From assembly GCA_965262915.1 (NCBI GenBank), contig OZ253564.1, positions 4,608,001 to 4,672,000 on the forward strand: 64,000 bases of DNA, read 5' to 3'. Made by a program: the position numbers and the translations under genes. Origin of the DNA: Candidatus Spongiisociaceae bacterium (GTDB lineage: Bacteria; Actinomycetota; Acidimicrobiia; Spongiisociales; Spongiisociaceae). The notes below the pieces were generated by a model. It saw only the letters and a program-made list of their open reading frames with translations, was not told where the DNA came from and made no database searches. Shown piece after piece: positions 57,153 to 64,000 of the stretch; positions within the stretch are counted from its first letter, which is position 1, and each line of letters starts with the position of its first letter.

Positions 57153-58070
57153 CTACGAGCGGGGTGTCGCTCCCGGCACGCACACCCCACAGGCGACCGT
57201 AGGACCGTGAACACGTGAGGCGGCCAACTCGTCGGCTCGGTTCTGATACTGTGGCGTGTCTAAGCGGGGCGTGCGATGGTCGATGGGGCGGCGTGCCTCC
57301 CGCTTCCACTCCGCATCCCACGAGTAGCCCAGATCCACGATGGCGCCCGGCGCATCGAGGCTATCGAACAGTGCCAGAGCATCTCGGATGATCGCCCGCT
57401 GCACCTCCGGCCTGCCGGGTGGTCCGCACGTATGCCCGAGCGGGAAGTCGGTGAAAGCCGCCCTTGGCGGGTTGGTCGAGGCGGTTATCGACCGGGCACT
57501 GGTCATCGACAGGGTGGGGACCCCTTTCTCCTCGATCGCTCTGCTGATCAGTCCAACTGACTGGTGGCAGACCGGTCAGACCGGCACCAGGAGGACCGCG
57601 TCGACCCCCATGTCCAGGATCCGCTCCACGAGGACCGGTATCAGTTCGGCAGCCAGGCGTCGCTGGGAGTAGATCCCTCCCATGAACGTGAACGCCAGCG
57701 GGGCAAGCTCGCCGACCGCGCCCTCTGCCACCAGAGCCCTCAACGTATCGATCGGGAATACCACGTTGGGATCCCACCGGGCATCCGCCAAGTCGTAGGC
57801 GAAGTGCGTCACCCGCAACTCCCGGGTGTCGACATCGGTGGGGATCTCCCGATGGGTGACGTCGTCGCGGTGAGTGAAAGCCACCTGCCCGTGGCGGTAG
57901 ACCCCGGCGGACGCGATCAGCCCGAGGCGGACTTCGGACAGTGGCTTGCGAAGCGGCGCCCATGAGGAAGGGTCCTCGTTGTGTGCCCACCGATAGGACT
58001 GGTAGCCAAGCAGGCCATAGGCCTCCCTGGTGAGCGCGATGTAATCGACAGGCCGGGGATCGGATTCCAC
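57153..58070 (-). CDS. PrdB/GrdB-like (reductase selenoprotein B family) selenoprotein, Sec at UGA 57576-57578
   Basis: PL.KPLSE.R.GLIASAGV, H..YD..A..DPN.VFP, DAVLLVPV-TGA-PVCHQSVGL...PPRA..DFPLG in one frame; selA/selB present in the window. Confidence 0.88.
57541..57575 (-). promoter_or_regulatory. Candidate bacterial SECIS element
   Basis: After UGA: CTGC-cac-CAGTC-[AGTTG]-GACTG-atca-GCAG; loop begins 17 nt after UGA with G at loop position 2. Confidence 0.6.
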
Positions 58071-58111
58071 GATCACAGTGTAGGAAGGAAAGATGATGGC
58101 AACATCGGGTG

Positions 58112-58555
58112 CTAGCCGCCCGGCTGCGACCAGTCGGGATCCAGCTGGAGCAGGAATTCGGCGCACCTTGCTTCCTCGTCGTACTCGCCGATCCGGCCCG
58201 CCATCCTCCGGAGTCCGTCCAGGCATCGCAGGAACCCGCGGTTGGGTTCGTCCGACCACCGAACCAACTGCGCGCCCCGCCAGCCGCTCTTCCTGAGCGC
58301 GTCCAACCCCCGGTGGTAACCGATCCGATAGCAGGCATAGGCATTGACGGTGGCCAGTGTCGACTTAGAACCCGGCTCCTGTATGGCCCCCATTCGCGCC
58401 CACGCCTCAATGGAATCGGGGTGTTCAGCCACGATCACGGCAACTTCCTTGAGGCTCCTTGCAGCCTCGATACGCGCAACCAACCAGGGATCCGGCACCG
58501 GTAGGACCACCCTGGGCCTCCCTCCGACAGTCAGATGCACCTGCTCGTTCGCCAT
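58112..58555 (-). CDS. DUF3151 family protein
   Basis: AYACYRIGYHRGLDALRKSGWRG..V.W..EPNRGFLR..IGE.DE..RC..FL. Confidence 0.9.
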   Translation of the reverse strand: MANEQVHLTVGGRPRVVLPVPDPWLVARIEAARSLKEVAVIVAEHPDSIEAWARMGAIQEPGSKSTLATVNAYACYRIGYHRGLDALRKSGWRGAQLVRWSDEPNRGFLRCLDGLRRMAGRIGEYDEEARCAEFLLQLDPDWSQPGG

Positions 58556-58662
58556 TCGTCTCAGCGTAGTGCGCAAACTCCTGCCGGCTCGCCGCCACCC
58601 TTGTACGACGTCTCCGATCAGGGCAGGTACGGGCCCGGGAAGTGCTCAACCACCGACCCGGA

Positions 58663-58691
58663 TTGACCGACCACCAACTCAGATGTATCCT
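58663..58691 (+). promoter_or_regulatory. Housekeeping-sigma-type promoter
   Basis: TTGACC-N17-TATCCT. Confidence 0.6.
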
Positions 58692-58697
58692 CCCGCT

Positions 58698-58762
58698 CAA
58701 TCAAACTGTCCTCCACGGAGTGACTTCATACCGGGGACCTCTCAGGTCCCCGGTATCCTTTT
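58698..58762 (+). ncRNA. Candidate small RNA (about 65 nt) ending in an intrinsic terminator
   Basis: Lies between the promoter above and the hairpin ATACCGGGGACCT-CTC-AGGTCCCCGGTAT-CCTTTT; no convincing ORF. Confidence 0.45.
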
Positions 58763-58987
58763 GGACCGACCCGGACGATCTCAAACCCGTGGCGCTAGCC
58801 ACTTCCGGAGAACGGTTACAGACGCGATTCACGGCGACGCCAGGCATATCAACACCTGAGGGTTCTCCGGATTCCGTCTCGACCGGAGGTGTCACACGGA
58901 GCCTGCATAGTGGAAGTGACGGAGTAGCGGCGACTAACGCCGGTCCCGCACGGCCGGGCCGGCGATGAACAGGGAGCGTGTATACGA

Positions 58988-59449
58988 ATGGCGGAGGCTC
59001 GAAGGCGGGGCAGCGGGGATCTGTTCATCGTCGACAACAGTCTGTCCCGCTGGACTGGCCTTGAGTATCTGCGCGAGTGGACCGACCTGGCCCGGTCGTT
59101 CGACGTGGCTACCGGCTTCTTCGAGATTGGCTCGTTGCTCGCCCTGGACGGTAAGTGGCAGCAACTCGAGAAGATACGCATCCTCATGGGCGATCAGATC
59201 TCTCTGAAGACCAAGAAGGCCTTCGCCGATGCGCTTCACAGCCGGATCGGGAGGCTCGACGGCAACCTCGAGGACGAGAAGCGAACGAACCCGTTCCTGC
59301 GTGGCGTCGAAGCGGTGGTCGAAGCCGTCCGGAGCGGGAAGATCGAGTGTCGTGTTTACCGGAAGAAGAAGTTCCATGCCAAGGTCTATATCACGCATGC
59401 CAAGTTCGATGTGATCGGCGCCCAAGCCCTCGTCGGCTCCAGCAACTAG
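58988..59449 (+). pseudogene. N-terminal PLD-like fragment of a PLD-SNF2 helicase (restriction/defence-associated), truncated
   Basis: LFIVDN, FDVATGFFEIGSLL, IRILMGD, FHAKVYI, ALVGSSN then an immediate TAG. Confidence 0.75.
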
Positions 59450-59549
59450 CGGGAAGAGGCAACAAGGCTGAAGAGCCACACAATCGGGTAGGAGATACCG
59501 CTGGCGGTGGTACCATATATGGCAGAGCCTATGGCATGAGGAACTATTG

Positions 59550-59759
59550 ATGAGGAAAACTACTGTCTACCTACCGGAGTCGCTGAAACGCGAGGTGGAG
59601 CGCCGGGCGAGACAGCGTTCCTGTTCGGAAGCCGAAGTAATCCGACAAGCGATTCGGGATGCGGTCGGGCGTCCTGAGCCGAGGCCCGGGATCATCCCTG
59701 GCGAGAACAGATGGATCCATCGGGTCGACGACTATCTGGAGGGATTCGGCGACAGATGA
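59550..59759 (+). CDS. CopG/RHH antitoxin (VapB-like)
   Basis: MRKTTVYLPESLK...SEAEVIRQAI...VDDYLEGFG. Confidence 0.88.
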   Translation: MRKTTVYLPESLKREVERRARQRSCSEAEVIRQAIRDAVGRPEPRPGIIPGENRWIHRVDDYLEGFGDR

Positions 59760-60166
59760 TCATCGCCGACACCAGTGGCCTCCTCGCCTTCTTCAGCGAG
59801 TCAGGTCGGCATCACGAGGCTGTGGTCGCCTGGTTGGAGAGAAACAACCCGGTCATGGTGGTTTCCCCGTTCGTTATAGCCGAGGTCGACTACCTGGTGA
59901 CCACCCGCAAGGGTGTCGAAGTCGAGTTAGCCGTTATTCGGGAACTAGCCAGCGGCGCCTACGAGCTTCCGACGATGAACTCCGATGATCTGGGCCTGGC
60001 GAGCGAGGTGGTGGAGCGTTACCGTGACCTGGGTATCGGGATCGCCGACGCCTCACTGGTGGTGCTGGCCGATCGCTACCGCACCCGCACGATCCTGACC
60101 CTGGACCGGAAGCACTTCGGGGTGGTGCGCCCGCTGGATGGTGGCTACTTCAAGATCGTCCCTTAG
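59756..60166 (+). CDS. VapC-family PIN-domain toxin
   Basis: MIIADTSGLLA, VIAEVDYL, IGIADASLV, TLDRKHF; ATGA overlap with the antitoxin. Confidence 0.92.
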   Translation: MIIADTSGLLAFFSESGRHHEAVVAWLERNNPVMVVSPFVIAEVDYLVTTRKGVEVELAVIRELASGAYELPTMNSDDLGLASEVVERYRDLGIGIADASLVVLADRYRTRTILTLDRKHFGVVRPLDGGYFKIVP

Positions 60167-60185
60167 GCGGCGGGTCGATCGGTAC

Positions 60186-60740
60186 CTACGATCCGAGGGC
60201 GGTTATCGATGCTACCCAGAAGTTGCCGGAGCGGCGGTAGGCGAGGCCGGTGGAGGTCACCACCATCAGGCCGGCGGGGTCCTCGACCCTGCTTCTGGCT
60301 ATCTTGTTGCGTAGACGCAGCAGGGACTCGGCGGCTTTCTCCACGACGTCGGGTGCCGGGCTTAGCTCGATCTCAACGGCCATCCACGCGGAATCGTCCC
60401 GTTCGATGATGGCATTGACCTCCAAGCCGGTGTCATCGCGGTACTGGAAGACTCCGCCTCCATCGGGCCGGCTGTAGATGCACAGGTCGCGTACGACCAG
60501 CGACTCGAACAACAGCCCGAACATCGCCGGGTCCCCCAGCAACCGTTCGGGAGAAGCACGCAGCATGGCCGCAGCGAGCGATGGATCGACGAAGTGGCCC
60601 TTGGGCGCCCTCCTCAAGGTGGCCCGCGACCGGAGGCCTACCGACCAGGCTGGTTGGTTCTCCACCACGAACATGCTCTCGAGAGCATCCAGGTAGGCGT
60701 TGACGGAGGAACGGCTGAGCATCTTCCCTCCGCCCATGTC
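60186..60740 (-). pseudogene. C-terminal DUF4143 fragment of an AAA+ ATPase
   Basis: YLDALE..F, K.HFVDPSLA, GLLFESLVVRDL, YRDDTGLEV; no Walker A region present. Confidence 0.75.
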
Positions 60741-60835
60741 CAAAACCAGAGTCGTGTCTTTGTTTTCGTAGCTACGTGGCACGCCATGTCGAGGAACTCG
60801 AGGGCGTTCCCTTCTTGCGCGAGACCCCGCCGGCT

Positions 60836-61246
60836 TCAGTGGGGCAGGTCGGGGAGTCGCATCACATCGCGGCGGACGAGCACCTCGGTCCGGTGGGAGC
60901 GCTGCACGTCCTGCATCGCAACGGCCATGGCCTCTTCCAACACCTTCAACTGCCGACCAAGCCGCCGGACCTCGGCGCGTAGGGCACCGTTCTCCGACTC
61001 GAGCTGCATGATCCGCTTGACGCCTTTGATGTTGATACCCTGGCGTGTCAGATCCTGGATCAGCCCAAGGAGTTCGAGATCGGCGTCGGAGTAGCGACGG
61101 GTACCTCCGGGCGTCCGGAAGGGCTCGATCAGTCCCCGGCGCTCGTAGATACGCAAGGTCTGGGGATGCATCCCGGACAGGGAAGCCGCCACGGAGATGA
61201 CGTAGACCGCCTCCATCTCATTCGGTATCCGTTTCTTGGCCATCAT
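60836..61246 (-). CDS. hspR: Heat-shock repressor HspR (MerR family)
   Basis: AVYVISVAA.LSGMHPQTLR.YER.GL..P.RT.GG.RRYS; last gene of the dnaK operon. Confidence 0.93.
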   Translation of the reverse strand: MMAKKRIPNEMEAVYVISVAASLSGMHPQTLRIYERRGLIEPFRTPGGTRRYSDADLELLGLIQDLTRQGINIKGVKRIMQLESENGALRAEVRRLGRQLKVLEEAMAVAMQDVQRSHRTEVLVRRDVMRLPDLPH

Positions 61247-61260
61247 GCCTCTCCTTCCAC

Positions 61261-62361
61261 TCACAGGCTATCGCGTGGGTTCTCCGTTTCGTATAGGTCT
61301 CTGAACTCCTCGAGCATCTTGCGGGCATCTTTCGACAGCTTGGGGGGAACCGCGACCTGGACCGTCACCAGCAGGTCACCCGGCCGTCCCCGGTCCCTCC
61401 GGACACCCTCCTTGCGCACCCGGAAGGTCTTGCCGGACGAGGTACCAGGCGGAATCTTGAGCTTCACCTCTCCGTTCAGGGTCGGCACGGGTACCTTCGC
61501 GCCGAGAGCTGCCTCGGTGAAGGTCAGCGGAAGCTTCAGGAGGAGATCGTCACCACTGAGCGAGAAAGTCGCATGCGCAGCCACCCGGACCTCGACCAGC
61601 AGATTGCCCGGGGGGCCTCCCCGCACTCCGGGTGAGCCCCTTCCACGCAGCCGGACGGTGTTCCCGTCTTTCACGCCGGGCGGGATCCTTACCTTCATGG
61701 TCCGGACCCTCCTCTCCTGACCACTCCCCCGGCACTTAACACAGGGCGAGTCCAATGTGCGTCCCGAGCCGCTGCACTGCGGGCATGGATTGGTGAAGGA
61801 GAAGAAGCCCTGGTTGGAGGCGACGGTTCCCGTGCCTCCACAGCCCGCACACACGTCGAACGACGTCCCGGGCTCGGCCCCGCCCCCGCGGCACTGTCTA
61901 CACATGTCCGGACTCTCGATCCTCACCGACGCGGTCGTTCCCCTCACCGCCTCCTCGAAGGTCAGGTCGAGGGTCGTGGAAACATCGGAGCCGCGTTGGG
62001 GACCGCGCCGTCCGCCGCCGAACCGGAACAGATCGCCGATCCCACCCATACCTCCGAACACGTCTTCCACACGAACCTGCTGGCCGCCGAACGGGCCGGA
62101 TCCACCAGGGGATCCATGGAAACCACCGGCCCCGACGGAGCGAACCTGGTCGTACTCCTTTCTCCTATCGGGATCCGAGAGCACCGAGTAGGCCTCCGAC
62201 ACCTCTTTGAAGCGCTCGACTGCGTTCGGGTCATCCGGGTTGGCATCCGGGTGCAGCTTCTGGGCAAGGCGGCGGTATGACCTCTTGATCGCGGCCTGGT
62301 CGGCGTCCTTGCCCACATCCAGCAACTGGTAGAAGTTCTTGTCGAGCCAGTTCCGGTTCAT
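61261..62361 (-). CDS. dnaJ: Chaperone DnaJ
   Basis: J domain HPD, four CxxCxGxG repeats; start ATG at 62361. Confidence 0.96.
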   Translation of the reverse strand: MNRNWLDKNFYQLLDVGKDADQAAIKRSYRRLAQKLHPDANPDDPNAVERFKEVSEAYSVLSDPDRRKEYDQVRSVGAGGFHGSPGGSGPFGGQQVRVEDVFGGMGGIGDLFRFGGGRRGPQRGSDVSTTLDLTFEEAVRGTTASVRIESPDMCRQCRGGGAEPGTSFDVCAGCGGTGTVASNQGFFSFTNPCPQCSGSGRTLDSPCVKCRGSGQERRVRTMKVRIPPGVKDGNTVRLRGRGSPGVRGGPPGNLLVEVRVAAHATFSLSGDDLLLKLPLTFTEAALGAKVPVPTLNGEVKLKIPPGTSSGKTFRVRKEGVRRDRGRPGDLLVTVQVAVPPKLSKDARKMLEEFRDLYETENPRDSL

Positions 62362-62380
62362 CCTCCACCGCCGATCCCGG

Positions 62381-63013
62381 TCATTCCGATACCTGGTCCT
62401 CCCCGGACGTCTCCTCCGTGTCCGCAGTCTCGTAGCCGACAGCGACCAGGGTGGCCCGGATGACCCGTCCGTTGAGCGTATACCCGCGGCGCCACTCAGC
62501 CTCAACCACCATCCTTCCGCTTCCTTCTCCGATCTGGGCCGCCTCGTGGAGGTTCGGATCGAACACCGCGCCCAGAGCCTCTATCGGTTCCATTCCCTCC
62601 CTGGCAAGGGTCGAAAGCAGCTGGTCCCGGGTACTTGTCAGACCCCGGCGCATGCTCTCGGCGGAGGAACTCTCCGTCTGGATCGCGATAGCCGCATCGA
62701 GGCTGTCCAGCACCGGCAGCAGGCGGGCCAGGACGCGCTCCGACGATCTTGCGATCATCGCGGTCTGGTCGCGCTGGGACCGCTTGCGGTAGTTGTCGAA
62801 CTCGGCTGCCGCCCGCTTCCACTTGTCGACGGCCTCCGCGGCCATGGCCCGGGCCGCCAGCAACTCCCCTATAAGGACTGCGATCGCCTCGTCGGGATCC
62901 TCCGGCAACTCGAGGGCAGGGACCGCATCCACCGTCTCGTCGGCAACGATGTCCGTCTCCTCCGCGGCTTCGACAACCAATTCTCTGATCACGTCCCCAT
63001 GCTCCTCGGTCAT
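62381..63013 (-). CDS. grpE: Nucleotide exchange factor GrpE
   Basis: AEFDNYRKR, LLPVLD, FDPNLHEA, GY.L..RVIR. Confidence 0.95.
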   Translation of the reverse strand: MTEEHGDVIRELVVEAAEETDIVADETVDAVPALELPEDPDEAIAVLIGELLAARAMAAEAVDKWKRAAAEFDNYRKRSQRDQTAMIARSSERVLARLLPVLDSLDAAIAIQTESSSAESMRRGLTSTRDQLLSTLAREGMEPIEALGAVFDPNLHEAAQIGEGSGRMVVEAEWRRGYTLNGRVIRATLVAVGYETADTEETSGEDQVSE

Positions 63014-63041
63014 GATCCCGACCCGCTCCCGGAGCGATACA

Positions 63042-64000
63042 TCAGCGCTCCTCCTCTTCGTCGATGATCTCGGCCTCGACGATCTCCTCGCCGTCGTCCA
63101 TCGCTCCACCGGAGCCGGCTCCGGGCTCCGCCTGCTCCGCAGCCTCGGCGTACATCTTCTGGGCGAGCACCTGGGACGCCAGGAAGGTGTCGTCGATCTT
63201 CGACTGGATGTCCTCGGGGGTGGCCGAGCTGTCGTCGGATGTGCTCCGGAGATCGGCCAGGGCCGAGTCGATGGCCTCCCGCTCGCTCTCGTCCAGCTTG
63301 TCCCCGTGCTCCTCGAGGAGCTTCTCGGTCTGGTTGATCACCTGGTCGGCCCGGTTGCGGGCGTCCGCGAGCTCCCGCTTCGTGACGTCCTCCTCGGCGT
63401 AGCGCTCGGCATCCGTCACCATCCGTTCGATATCGTCCTGCGACAAGGCGGTGCCGCCGGTGATGGTCATGGCCTGCTCGCGGCCTGTACCGAGGTCCTT
63501 GGCGTTGACCGACACGATCCCGTTGGCGTCGATGTCGAAGCTGACCTCGATCTGCGGGAGACCCATGGGCGCCGGCGGGATCCCCGTCAGACGGAACTTT
63601 CCTAGGCTCTTGTTGTCGTGAGCCATGGGTCGCTCACCCTGAAGAACGTGGATCTCGACCTCCGGCTGGTTGTGCTCGGCAGTGGTGAAGATCTCGGTCC
63701 GCTTGGTGGGGATGGTGGTGTTCCGCTCGATCATCTTGGTCATGACGGCGCCCTTGGTCTCGATACCGAGAGTGAGGGGGGTCACGTCGAGGAGCAGGAT
63801 GTCCTTCACGTCACCGGTCAGGACCCCGGCCTGGAGGGCGGCGCCCGCTGCTACCACCTCGTCGGGATTGACCCCCCGGTGGGGCTCCTTACCGGTCAGC
63901 TGCCTGATCAGGTCCTGGATGGCCGGCATCCGGGTCGATCCGCCCACCAGCACCACATGGTCGATGTCGGCCGTGGTCACGCCGGCGTCCGCCACGGCCC
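63042..64000 (-). CDS. dnaK: Chaperone DnaK (3' part; start outside the window)
   Basis: [48 protein letters not shown]. Confidence 0.97.
   Translation of the reverse strand, partial: AVADAGVTTADIDHVVLVGGSTRMPAIQDLIRQLTGKEPHRGVNPDEVVAAGAALQAGVLTGDVKDILLLDVTPLTLGIETKGAVMTKMIERNTTIPTKRTEIFTTAEHNQPEVEIHVLQGERPMAHDNKSLGKFRLTGIPPAPMGLPQIEVSFDIDANGIVSVNAKDLGTGREQAMTITGGTALSQDDIERMVTDAERYAEEDVTKRELADARNRADQVINQTEKLLEEHGDKLDESEREAIDSALADLRSTSDDSSATPEDIQSKIDDTFLASQVLAQKMYAEAAEQAEPGAGSGGAMDDGEEIVEAEIIDEEEER

Overview
High-GC actinobacterial chromosome segment (WhiB, HspR, DUF3151 and dnaK-grpE-dnaJ-hspR point to Actinomycetota; an Acidimicrobiia-like, possibly host- or sponge-associated lineage is my inference). 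The backbone is housekeeping: selA/selB, mrp, iscA-like, ridA, glnII, glcDEF, argS, murA, ltaE, purA, ppk1, dxs, an aapJQMP-type amino-acid ABC transporter, menB, the dnaK operon and three tRNAs (Pro-CGG, Phe-GAA, Asp-GTC). Small accessory inserts sit between these genes: a Fic gene, an LRR-SLH surface protein, three toxin-antitoxin pairs, an HsdR-N-type nuclease, an FAD oxidoreductase, an IS1182 remnant and decayed defence fragments. Signals not visible in the ORF track: (1) a PrdB/GrdB-like selenoprotein split at an in-frame UGA (UxxC) with a SECIS-like hairpin; (2) three families of structured MITE-like repeats (about 13 copies or fragments), mostly at CTAG/TAG-like sites, one nested in another, with compensatory stem changes; (3) two periodic operator-like arrays (72-bp period upstream of fic, 17-bp period upstream of padR); (4) a promoter-plus-terminator candidate sRNA of about 65 nt; (5) heptamer tandem repeats at insert junctions; (6) a frameshifted HAAS-like/NfeD fusion in a padR-nfeD-SPFH operon. 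No CRISPR array or rRNA was seen. All family assignments come from motif recognition, not database searches.
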